This document shows positions 36,801 through 48,200 of a stretch of DNA of 64,000 nt, one piece after another; the stretch's first letter is position 1; each line of letters begins with the position of its first letter. The notes below the pieces were generated by a model that was not told the origin of the DNA, ran no database searches, and saw nothing but the letters and a program-made list of their open reading frames with translations. Position numbers and translations under genes: made by a program. Where the stretch lies: the NCBI GenBank assembly GCA_025558095.1, contig JAIVFI010000003.1, positions 186,001 to 250,000 on the forward strand, written 5' to 3'. Source of the DNA: Hyaloraphidium curvatum SAG 235-1 (lineage: Eukaryota > Fungi > Monoblepharomycota).

Positions 36801-39447
36801 CTCCATGTCGCATTTTCAAGCCTTTGTCGACGCGGTCGTGAAAGCGGTCGAGGGATGGGCCGAAGACGCGTCCAAAGTCATGGGAAAGGCCAAGGCCGGG
36901 GTGGAGTCCGCGCAGAAGAAAGTCAACGAGGTCAAGAACTCGGTCTGCGAATTCCGAGACAGGTGCCAGGCTGCGGCGGACGCGGTCAAGTGCAAGCGCC
37001 GGATCAAGAAGCGCGGGCTGGAGGGAGGTCAAGCGGGCAATCGCCGTTCGGATAGGCGCATGCTTGGCAAGCGTACCTCCAAGGGGCTCGACAACCGCAG
37101 CGAGGGCGGTCATCACCTGGAGAAGCGTTTGGGCATCATCAAGAGCAGCTTCGAAAAAGCCTTCAATTGGTGAGTTTCTTTACGCGCAGGTAGACTGGGA
37201 AAGTCGATGATCTCGTCTGCAATCAGGGTGAAAAACGCAGCCATTACTGTGGCCAAGGGCGTTGCGAGCGCGGCAAGATGGGCGGCGGACCAGGCGGTCA
37301 ATGCCGGGAACGCTATCAAGTCCGCCGCCGAAGACGTGGGCAAATTTGTCAAGGACACCGCTGTCAAGGCGGCGGACTGGACGGCAAAGACCGCCACCAG
37401 GGTGGCGAACGAGATCAAGAACGGCGTGTGCGCCGGATGGGAAATGGCATCGGGTTCGTCGGATGCGGCGGCCGTAGTCGGAACCAGCTCATCTGGCTTT
37501 CCATCTCCCAGGAGCTATCATTGATGGAGCTTGCAAAGCTGCTTGCGAAGTCGCCAAGGCCGGTTTGGACATTGCCAACGGCGTGCTGGCCGCCGCTAAC
37601 GCCGGTAGGCCTGCCTTGCACACCGCGAAAGCCGTTCTTGCCAGGCTGACCTCGATGCCTCAGTCGTCACGGGCATAGACATGGCCATCCAGGCCGCGGC
37701 CACGATCTTCAAGGAGATCGCCAAGAAAATCGCCGAGCAAATCCAGATCCGCAGGGTATCGATTGGTGAGAAGGCCACCGAAGCCGCGGGCAACGGCTTA
37801 CCCTTTTTGCCCTTGCATAGCGGCCGACGTCAGCGCCGATCTCAAGGCCGGCATGATGGGCGGCAGCGTCGGCGTCCAGATAGAGGCCAAGCTCTTCGGG
37901 AAGGAGATCGACGTCGGGTTCACGATCGACTTCAACGGTGGCAACGGCGCGGCTGGATCCCGTTGCTGCGCCTGACATTGTGCCGTCGCAGACATCGTAC
38001 GATCCGCCGGCAAGTTCTTCTCCGACCACGTGAAGGACCTCGCCGTCGATTTCGCCAAGTCGAAGCTGGGCATTAGCTGGCGCGGTGGGTTTAGCGTCCG
38101 CGGTGTGTGGACTTGTCTGATCCCAACCCTGACTCATGCAGAGAAACGTCGCTTGCTCGCCGCGCGAGAGGCCGCCCCGAGCGGCGCGATTCCGATGTCG
38201 AAACTGCCTTGGATGCCCGGATTCAAGGAAGGATTCGACCAGGTCGGTTGGCAGCTGCACGGGCAGGACTTTCATGACGCTCACTTCCTCACCAGGGCCC
38301 GCCGCCCGGGCAACCCGGCGGCGAGGACAACGACTTCCGGATCAAGTTCGGCGAGTCGCTCTACCTCAGCTGCGCGACCACGATCGGGGCCTTCAGCCGC
38401 AAGGGCGCCCCCTGCGTGTTTGCGGACAAGGCGCGGGCGACCATGTTCATGAGCGCGCCCGAGCCGAGCGGGAAGCAGTCGTTCCGCGCCGGGAAATACT
38501 GCCTGGCCGTCGACCGCAGCTCCAACGTCGTCCTCACGCCGTGCCTGGCCGACCAGCCCAACGGCGTGTGGATCTACGACGCCGTGACGGGGCAGCTCTC
38601 GTCCAAGGGCGCGGGGGTGGCGCGGGCCGCGGACGCGGGCAGCGCCATCACCAGGGCGGACATCGAGTTTGCGTCGCTGGCCAGCGACGGCAAGTGCATG
38701 ACGGTGACCAAGGGCAAGAAGGCGCGGGTGACGCGGTGCTACGGGCTCGGCGACAAACCCGCCGATCTGAAAGTGCAGCGCTTCACCATGCGCATCAACG
38801 TCGAGTCCATCAACCTCGGCGACCTCGTCACCTTCCACGCCGCGGGCCTGTACGAGCGCTCGTACATCGCCGCGGACCCGGCGGACGGCAGCGTGTCGCT
38901 CAGGCCCGGGGACCTGGACGACCAGCAGGCCGACAACCTCGCGGCGTTCAGGGTCGTCGAGCCGCTGTGCGGGGCCAACTACCACTTCACCCTCGAGAGC
39001 GTCGCGCGGCCGGGGTTCTACCTCTCCAGCGCGCCCGGCGATCGGCCCAGGCTCGTGCTGACGGACAAGCCGGCGGGCAGGGACCACGCGTGCTGGCTGC
39101 CCACGCCCGGCCCGGCGAGGCCCAAGTACGCCTCGGGGTGCCCGGGGATCATCTTTGGCCTGCGGTCGCGCGGGGTTCAGGGCACGTTCCTCCGAGCGAC
39201 GGAAAAGGGCGGCCTGGTGCTGTCGGGGGCGCCGGACGAGTTCATGCTCTCGTGCTGGAGGCCGGTGCCCCCGCTCGGGGCGCCGTCGGCGGCGAACCCG
39301 TTCCCCGAGGGCGGCGGGGAGGCGGAGGAGGATGCGCCCGGGAGCGGGGTGCAGGAGGAGGACATTGCAGCGGGGGGGATGGAGGACGAAGAGGAGGGGG
39401 ACGGGGAGTTTGGACAGTGGCGGCTCGATCCGCGTCGGGAGCTCTAG
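27832..39447 (+). CDS. Giant secreted multi-lectin protein, copy A (about 3,400 aa, more than 20 introns)
   Basis: Signal peptide TLLAVLLLALVLLIAPADA; D/E-rich region; six F-type-lectin-like repeats (29630-32300); four Cys-rich repeats (32635-33421); beta-rich region; amphipathic helices (36790-38070); ricin-B-like and AbfB/CBM42-like (FTLESVARPGFYL) C-terminus. Splice junctions from repeat 6 to the stop were traced by hand and stay in frame. Confidence 0.8.
28708..28920 (+). repeat. 27-nt coding tandem repeat (EPEESEDLA-like), about 8 units
   Basis: Repeated GAGCCNGAGGANTCNGAGGATTTGGCG-like units; about five units in the mirror copy at roughly 52918-53046. Confidence 0.8.
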
Positions 39448-39748
39448 GGCAGGGTCGTGAGGTGCATGTTGGCTTTGACAGATCTATTGCTCGTCTCGCT
39501 TGACGGGCGCGGCGTTCAAAAGTGCTGCTCCGGTTCTTGTCCTCCACCCCCGTCGGAAGCATTTCAAGCACGATGAGATCGGAAGAGGGGTTTCCCGCAG
39601 CCCACAGCCTTGGAGATGTCGCGGTGTCGCGCCAAGCTTTGAACGGATTGGTATGTATGGCGGGTGTTTGCATCAGTTCGCTCCGGCCTCTCAACACGAA
39701 TCCCGCAAATCGCGGTGCGCTCCCCGCCGCCGGCCTTCAATCGCCGCG

Positions 39749-40104
39749 ATGCAACGGCCACTTGACCCCACACGCTCGACGCGCTCGCTGCCGACGCGCT
39801 CGCGCACATCGCCGGGCGACTGCCCCTGCTTTCCCTCGTGAAGCTGGGATCGACGTGCCGCGGCCTCCGCCGGTTTGTGTTCCTCGCGGACTGCGACACG
39901 CCGCTGCACGGCGCGTGGCGGACGGTCGACTTTGCGGCCATGCAGAGCCGCGGGGAGCCCATCCGTCCAGGGGAGACGATGCCCGCGAACGGGGTGTCGC
40001 CGGCGCACGTCACCGATGCCACGGTCATCGCGATGCGCGGAAACATGTCCCCCGCGGCGCTGGACACCGTGCGCGAGGTGCGGCTCGACTGGACCGCCGT
40101 CTGA
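39749..40104 (+). pseudogene. Frameshifted, truncated F-box gene fragment in the palindrome spacer
   Basis: ATG 39749 (MQRPLDP) is one frame off from TLDALAADALAHIAGRLPLLSLVKLGSTCRGLRRFV (F-box), which has an in-frame TGA at 39763 upstream. The frame stops at 40104 after one LRR-like segment. Confidence 0.55.
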
Positions 40105-40394
40105 GCCTTGAGAGGCGCTGCGTGCCCAAGGCGGGAAGCTGCCCAGGTTGGTGCATTGGAACAACACCAGGAGGCGGCGCCGCGGACCGTCCCCGCCGCG
40201 CATGCAAATCCGCGCGATGCTTCCGCTGCCGGGCACCGCGCAGCCGTCGCCTGGGCGCGACGCGAAAGAGGCATGAGTCACGTCGCTGTTGGGGACGCAA
40301 TTCAAGGCCGCCCGCCCCCTCTGCAGTCCCTGACGCCATCGCTAGACAAGGAGCGCCCGGATCCGCCTTCCCCCCTTCCAGCAGAGCCATCGCC

Positions 40395-40677
40395 ATGTCC
40401 GGTAAGCTCCGCAGCCCCCGCGCCGCCGCGCCGCACCGCGCTGATTGCCGCGCAGACCCCGCCGCCGCTCCCGAGCAGCCCGCCGCCGCCCCCGCCGCCG
40501 CCGCCGAGCCCGCCGCCGAAGCCGACGGCGAGGTGCAAGCCCTCGGCCGTGAGTGCCGCGCTCCGCCCCGCCGCAGCACGCTGACGCCCCCGCCCGCCAG
40601 GCATCCGGGAGGGCAGGGACAAGAAGTTCACGGAGGACATCCAGAAGAAGCTCTACCAGGACATGCCGATCGAGTAG
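40395..40677 (+). CDS. 58-aa spliced microprotein
   Basis: Exons 40395-40401, 40456-40548 and 40601-40677 total 177 nt. Introns are GTAAGC..CTGAT..CAG and GTGAGT..CTGAC..CAG; the start context is CGCCATG. Confidence 0.7.
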
Positions 40678-40734
40678 CCCAAGTAGCGGCACATGGCCGA
40701 CTAGACGCATCTCCCTTCCCGCCGTCCCGTCCCT

Positions 40735-41643
40735 TCACCTGACCTCTGCGCTGAGGACGGCGCACGGGTACGCGTACAGGACGGCGTCGCCCTCCAGCCG
40801 CACCTCGATCCCGAGGCTGCCGTCCGCCGCCGACCGCCTGAACATGTCCAGCACCTTCTCCTCGTCCCCGGGGGCGGGGAAGCTCCGCGCGAGGAGGTTC
40901 CTCGCGTCGTCGCGGATCTCATAGCGTGCTTCCTCCAGCTCCACGAGCCCGGCCTGCAGAAAGAGCCCCCGCAGCTCGGCAAGCGCCAGAGCGCGAACGT
41001 GCGACGGGTCGCGCAGCCGCTCCAGGGCGTTGAACGCCGCGGCCTTGTCCGCGGAGGGGTGCGAGTACATGTCGCAGACCACCACCCGGCCGCCGGGGCG
41101 CACGATCCGCACCATCTCGCGCAAGACGGAGAGCGGGTCGGGGAAGTGGTGGAACGAGTACCGCGTGGCCGCCACGTCCACCGACCCGGCTTCGAAGGGG
41201 AGGTTTGCGGCATCGCCGATCCGGAACTCGGCGTTCCGCAACCCGGCCTCGCCCGCCCTCTCCTCCGCCCGCTCGAGCATCGCGGGCGTCACGTCGATGC
41301 CGATCACTCTTGCGCCCGGCACGGCCCCCGCGAACGCGCACGCGACGATGCCGCCGCCGCACGCGACGTCGACGACCAGCCCGTCCGGCGGGGGGCGGCC
41401 GGCGGCGATCACCATCGCGAGCGCGCGCGCGTCGTTGATCGGCGCGGCGGCGTTGAACCCCGCGGCCTGCAGCGTGAACTGGTCGAGGATGAGGTCGCGG
41501 TGCGTCGGCATGGCGGCGGGGGTGAAGACGGGGCGGTGCGGCGGGCGGGAGACAGTGCGGGAGGCAGCCGCGTCCACGCGGAGGAGGGAGAGCGGGCGGA
41601 GGAGGCTGCGCGGCAGGCGGCGGGATGCGAGGCGCGGCAGCAT
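40735..41643 (-). CDS. Class I SAM-dependent methyltransferase (bacterial-type) with predicted mitochondrial presequence
   Basis: Intronless. VVDVACGGG, IGIDVTPAML, GDAANLPF..VDVA, YSFHHF..EMVRIVRPGGRV and ERLRDPSHV; Arg/Leu/Ser-rich N-terminal 44 aa. Confidence 0.88.
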   Translation of the reverse strand: MLPRLASRRLPRSLLRPLSLLRVDAAASRTVSRPPHRPVFTPAAMPTHRDLILDQFTLQAAGFNAAAPINDARALAMVIAAGRPPPDGLVVDVACGGGIVACAFAGAVPGARVIGIDVTPAMLERAEERAGEAGLRNAEFRIGDAANLPFEAGSVDVAATRYSFHHFPDPLSVLREMVRIVRPGGRVVVCDMYSHPSADKAAAFNALERLRDPSHVRALALAELRGLFLQAGLVELEEARYEIRDDARNLLARSFPAPGDEEKVLDMFRRSAADGSLGIEVRLEGDAVLYAYPCAVLSAEVR

Positions 41644-42269
41644 ATTCCGGGGAGGCGCGGGTTTTGTATCCGCAGTTCCGGTGGGAGGGCGGGGATGAGA
41701 TGTAGGAGGTCCGGGTCTGGGGTCTTGGTCTACGGGGTCGCCGCCGCCGAGGTCGGGCTGCCGAGGCGCACCGGTACGTTCCCCTGCTCCTGGGAGTTTG
41801 CGGATCTCCCCCTAGTCGACGCCGGCGTAACGGCGTGGCACCGTCTGCTGTTGGGGCGGACTGTTTCAGCCCGCGCAGACCGGTTGGCGCACTGCAAGAT
41901 TCGCAGTTGCTCTGCCGGCCAGTCAGTGGAGCGGTTCGCCGGATGCGTCGCCCTTGCCCTTGTACCCCAAACGGATGAGAAATCGGTTGGATCGGAGCCT
42001 GCATCGAACGAGCCGCGGCGGGCTGCGCGGCGGCGGGGTCCGCGCGGTCGGCGGTCAGCGCCGGGGCGGGCGGGCGGCCGCGCGGCGCCTTGCGCACCGG
42101 ACATGGCGATGGGTCCGGATGGGGGGTCCGGTGCTCAGAGGGGTTCCGCGGGGGGCGTCTTGGCGCTCAAGGACTCGCGGCTCGGCGGGCGGGCGGTCCC
42201 TGCGTCCTTGGGCCCTGGGTATGACTCATCCCCACCACATGCGTCCACGCCGTGTCTAAGGCCGTAGGC

Positions 42270-45200
42270 TTGTGCTACAGGGACCCCCTCTTCCGGTAGC
42301 TTCGTCCCTGGAGTGCTTCGGACAGGGGTGGAGGACTAGAACCGGCCTAGCCATTTGGAAGCCCGCGTCGGAACCCAAGCGAGACATGAACAATCGATCT
42401 GTCAAAGCCAACATGCACCTCACGACCCTGCCCTAGAGCTCCCGACGCGGATCGAGCCGCCGCCCGCCAAACTCCCCGTCCTCCCCGGACGTCTCGTCCT
42501 CCATCCCGCCCGCCGCAATGTCCTCCTCCTGCACCCCACCCATCGCATCCTCCTCCGCCTCCCCGCCGCCCCCGGGGAACGGGTTCGCCGCCGACGGCGC
42601 CCCGAGCGGCGGCACCGGCCTCCAGCACGAGAGCATGAACTCGTCCGGCGCCCCCGACAGGACGAGCCCGCCCTTCTCCGTCGCCCGCAGGAACGTGCCC
42701 CGCACCCCGCGCGACCGCAGGCCGAAGATGATCCCCGGGCACCCCGAGGCGTACTTGGGCCTCGCCGGGCCGGGCGTGGGCAGCCAGCACGCGTGGTCCC
42801 TGCCCGCCGGCTTGTCCGTCAGCACGAGCCCGGGCCGATCGCCGGGCGCGCTGGAGAGGTAGAACCCCGGCCGGGCGACGCTCTCGAGGGTGAAGTGGTA
42901 GTTGGCCCCGCACAGCGGCTCGACGACCCTGAACGCCGCGAGGTTGTCGGCCTGCTGGTCGTCCAGGTCCCCGGGCCTGAGCGACACGCTGCCGTCCGCC
43001 GGGTCCGCGGCGATGTACGAGCGCTCGTACAGGCCCACGGCGTGGAAGGTGACGAGGTCGCCGAGGTTGATGGACTCGACGTTGATGCGCATGGTGAAGC
43101 GCTGCACTTTCAGATCGGCGGGTTTGTCGCCGAGCCCGTAGCACCGCGTCACCCGCGCCTTCTTGCCCTTGGTCACCGTCATGCACTTGCCGTCGCTGGC
43201 CAGCGACGCAAACTCGATGTCCGCCCTGGTGATGGCGCTGCCCGCGTCCGCGGCCCGCGCCACCCCCGCGCCCTTGGACGAGAGCTGCCCCGTCACGGCG
43301 TCGTAGATCCACACGCCGTTGGGCTGGTCGGCCAGGCACGGCGTGAGGACGACGTTGGAGCTGCGGTCGACGGCCAGGCAGTATTTCCCGGCGCGGAACG
43401 ACTGCTTCCCGCTCGGCTCGGGCGCGCTCATGAACATGGTCGCCCGCGCCTTGTCCGCAAACACGCAGGGGGCGCCCTTGCGGCTGAAGGCCCCGATCGT
43501 GGTCGCGCAGCTGAGGTAGAGCGACTCGCCGAACTTGATCCGGAAGTCGTTGTCCTCGCCGCCGGGTTGCCCGGGCGGCGGGCCCTGGTGAGGAAGTGAG
43601 CGTCATGAAAGTCCTGCCCGTGCAGCTGCCAACCGACCTGGTCGAATCCTTCCTTGAATCCGGGCATCCAAGGCAGTTTCGACATCGGAATCGCGCCGCT
43701 CGGGGCGGCCTCTCGCGCGGCGAGCAAGCGACGTTTCTCTGCATGTGTTCAGGTCGGGATCAGACAAGTCCACACACTGCGGACGCTAAACCCACCGCGC
43801 CAGCTAATGCCCAGCTTCGACTTGGCGAAATCGACGGCGAACTCCTTCACGTGCTCGGAGAAGAACTTGCCGGCGGATCGAATAATGTCTGCGACGGCAC
43901 AATGTCAGGCGCAGCAACGGGATCCAGCCGCGCCGTTGCCACCGTTGAAGTCGATCGTGAACCCGACGTCGATCTCCTTCCCGAAGAGCTTGGCCTCTAT
44001 CTGGACGCCGACGCTGCCGCCCATCATGCCGGCCTTGAGATCGGCGCTGACGTCGGCCGCTATGCAAGGGCAAAAAGGGTAAGCCGTTGCCCGCGGCTTC
44101 GGTGGCCTTCTCACCAATCGATACCCTGCGGATCTGGATTTGCTCGGCGATTTTCTTGGCGATCTCCTTGAAGATCGTGGCCGCGGCCTGGATGGCCATG
44201 TCTATGCCCGTGACGACTGAGGCATCGAGGTCAGCCTGGCAAGAACGGCTTTCGCGGTGTGCAAGGCAGGCCTACCGGCGTTAGCGGCGGCCAGCACGCC
44301 GTTGGCAATGTCCAAACCGGCCTTGGCGACTTCGCAAGCAGCTTTGCAAGCTCCATCAATGATAGCTCCTGGGAGATGGAAAGCCAGATGAGCTGGTTCC
44401 GACTACGGCCGCCGCATCCGACGAACCCGATGCCATTTCCCATCCGGCGCACACGCCGTTCTTGATCTCGTTCGCCACCCTGGTGGCGGTCTTTGCCGTC
44501 CAGTCCGCCGCCTTGACAGCGGTGTCCTTGACAAATTTGCCCACGTCTTCGGCGGCGGACTTGATAGCGTTCCCGGCATTGACCGCCTGGTCCGCCGCCC
44601 ATCTTGCCGCGCTCGCAACGCCCTTGGCCACAGTAATGGCTGCGTTTTTCACCCTGATTGCAGACGAGATCATCGACTTTCCCAGTCTACCTGCGCGTAA
44701 AGAAACTCACCAATTGAAGGCTTTTTCGAAGCTGCTCTTGATGATGCCCAAACGCTTCTCCAGGTGATGACCGCCCTCGCTGCGGTTGTCGAGCCCCTTG
44801 GAGGTACGCTTGCCAAGCATGCGCCTATCCGAACGGCGATTGCCCGCTTGACCTCCCTCCAGCCCGCGCTTCTTGATCCGGCGCTTGCACTTGACCGCGT
44901 CCGCCGCAGCCTGGCACCTGTCTCGGAATTCGCAGACCGAGTTCTTGACCTCGTTGACTTTCTTCTGCGCGGACTCCACCCCGGCCTTGGCCTTTCCCAT
45001 GACTTTGGACGCGTCTTCGGCCCATCCCTCGACCGCTTTCACGACCGCGTCGACAAAGGCTTGAAAATGCGACATGGAGAACTCGGCCTGCATTCGGAAG
45101 GCTGCATGTGGAGTCAGATGGCCGTTGCGAATCGTGGACCGAAGGCTCGCACCCAGTCTTGCTCCGATTTGCGCCTGCAGCAAGAAACTGGCATGAAACG

Positions 45201-48200
45201 CGAAGTAGGATGCCTCGAATTCGATCTTGTAGTGCTGGGGAGATGGTTAGCAGAGACGCGAAAAGCGCACGACGATCCACCGACCGTGGGCGAAATCTCG
45301 ATCGCGGCCTCGACTTCAAATAGGAACACTTTCACATAGCCATTGAGCAGCAGGGTGGCTTTGTCCATCCTGGCGTACTCAATGTCGAGCTTGAGGCGGG
45401 GACCCCGCGACGAATCCTCCTTGCTGTAGTAGGCAACGATGAGGCCGTTGGCGAGGTTGAGTGGAGACAGCTCAAAGTCGAGCTTGATCTGCTTCGACGG
45501 GTATACGAGGATTTCGGCGCGGGCCGTCACATCGAAGATGTTGATGGTTCTGGCAGTGGAACAAGGTTAGAGATTGAGCGTGAAACGGTACCCAACTTTT
45601 CCTGACCCATTCAGGTAGAAACCCATCCCGAACGAGTGGCCGGGAACCTCGCAGCCTCCTGCGGGACAGTACGACACTTGCAGCTTCCCAGGAAAGCCCG
45701 AGTTGAGCAGCGGCTTCGGGAACACGCTCTCGTCGGGCTCGTTGTCGGTGAAGGCCCCGATGATGTGCCTGAGATCGACGTTGTTGAGCTCGCCCGCGAA
45801 CCTGCCAGCGCTCATAGAGTGAGGTGTGTGCAGAGAGTGACTCCGGAATCAACGAACCAGTTGCTCTGCGGGTTGACCGGGTCGGTGCCGATGTACACCG
45901 CGCCACCAAAGCACTTGTTGTTGCTGAGGTCGAACGTGTCCGAAGAAGTGTAGCAGTTCTTGCCGATTGCAACCTCCCCCCCAATCAAGATCGAAGGTGC
46001 CCCGAGCGCAGCTGTGATGCCGACTTCGAGTACCAAGTTTCCGACCGCCAGCCGGTCCCAGCCGAAAGCCTTGCGCCAAATGCCCTTCATTTTGCCTCCC
46101 AGCAACACGCTTGCACCTTTCACGCCAACGTACGCATCAAAAATGAGCGGCGGCTGGCTAGAATCGACGTCCAGCATCAGAGTGCCGATGAGCTTCATCA
46201 TCGCTCCTGCAGATTTGCTGAAGCTGGCCTCAAACTTGACGGACTGCAACGTGAGCCCGTCGGTGATCTTGACGTCCGTGACGCCCGCACCGAGTACCAC
46301 GGAGGAAGAGTCCACGATGACCATGACCTGCAGGCCAACGTCCGGGCCGAGAAGCTGCTTCATCACATCGCAAAATCCGGAGCACGTTTTGGGGAGGCCC
46401 ATCCGGAGGTTGAGTTCAAGGCCCCGATGGATTGACCCGATGTAGTCGAGCGGGCTGTAGAGCGCAAGCGCGCTGTTGGTCAGCTCCATGGTCTTGCTCG
46501 AGATAATGATCCCCATCGTGAGCCCCGAGGCGACGAGGTCCAAACCCGGAAGCTCGAAACCGGGCACAAACTTGCGCATCGTCTCGGAAAAGATCTCGCC
46601 CTTGGCACCAAGCGCGATCGCGCCCTCAAAGCTGCCCCCGACCTCGCGCTTCACCACGATCTGGACCCTGGGTTCGCCGGGAAGCCTGTCCATGGAGCCC
46701 GAAAGGCGAAGAAACAGCTCCTTTTGGCCAAGTACGAGCATCAAGCCGAAATCCTTGATCTCAAAGTCGTCCAAGCCCGTGCTCCTGACGACGTCGGAAA
46801 CCTCGCCTGTTGACCGCGATACTTAGCCGGGAAACGGGCACGTATCAGACGGACGCACCCGAAGGAAGGATCTTGGCAGACAAAGCATCCAGAAGCTTGC
46901 CCAGCTGGAGACTCGGAGCCACCGCGGAGACGACCCACATGCCGGACGATCCCTTCGGCACCCGCACCCCGGGCTTCCTCTTCGGCGACTTTGCAACCCT
47001 CCTTGCGGCAGTCGGCCTGGCTTTTGCCAGCACAGTCCGCGACTTGGAGTGCGCCGCGCCAGACTCATCCTTAGCTTCGCGTCGTTGGAGTGTGCGAGTG
47101 GTCTCGTTCCGCAGCAGATGGCGCCGGTGTGCCAGCGCAGGATCCAATCCGCGCCTCTCGAGATGGGTACGGTAAAGATGGTGGTTAACATGAGCGAGAG
47201 GGACGTCGAAGAACCCGGCTCCCGCGCTGAAGGTGTGCGACAGGTCCGGAAACTGTACCCAGGAATCGTCCGTTGCAGGAAGCGCGTCCGATAGACCGTC
47301 GTCCCCAGCCACCTCAATGGAAGGCATGCCGGAAAGCCCGACGACGTCCTCGGCGACGCGATCGGATCCAACCGCGTCATCCACGACGCCACGATCCGCA
47401 TCGAGCTCAACGTCTCGGTCGCTCTCGGAATCGTCTTGATCGAGGACATGTTCGCGCGCGGCGAGTCGCGGCCTTCTCGAGGGCTGGTCGTCGGTCCCCG
47501 AATAGTCCGTCAGATCCAGCTGCTCCTCGCTGGGAGCGCGCATCACCGTCAGCACGAGCGGCACCCCGGCGACGTTCCATTTCCCGGTGATGCGGAACTC
47601 GAGGCTCCGCGACGAGGAGAAGACGTCCACCATGGAGACCGTAAGGAGTGCGTCGTTCAACGACACGGGCAGTAGACTGTTGTCGAAAGACAGGAGGCTC
47701 GAGGGGACGAGGATGTTGATCGAGGCGCGCGGCACGCAGCCGCGAGACTTCGCCCCGGGTTTGCAGAAAAAGAGAACGACGTTCTTGATCTGGATCTGGA
47801 GAAACTCCGCCAACTTGGACGACAAGAGCGGGACCTGCGGTAGGTCGCCATAGGCAGACTGCATCCGCATGCCGGCCAGCATCGAGTTCAGCGTCAAGGG
47901 CCGGTCCTGCGTAGCCAGCGTCAAGGGAATCATGTCGCCGTCTGTCAGGAGCGCCATTTGAAAAGGAACGCCCGAGGCGAGCCCGGGCAGCCGCCCGGAT
48001 CCAGAAAGATCAAAGGACGCGCCCGATTCGGAGCCGTACGCGAGGTTGCCCGTGATGTCGACGAGGCCAAAATCGTGCGACACCGTCACGTTGGGCACCT
48101 GGATGATGACGTTGGCCGCCGCGATCGCCGGCAGGGCGTCAAAGTCCATGGCCACGTGCACGATCTTTGCCACGTCCGAGAGCTTCCCCATGCCGTCAGG

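Larger units (their letters stand above)
27710..39610 (+). repeat. Left arm of a roughly 11.8-kb inverted repeat
   Basis: Reverse complement of about 42270-54040. Mirrored ORFs, e.g. 35106-36068(+) and 45812-46774(-), have coordinate sum 81880. Similarity fades at about 27710/54040 and 39610/42270. Confidence 0.97.
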
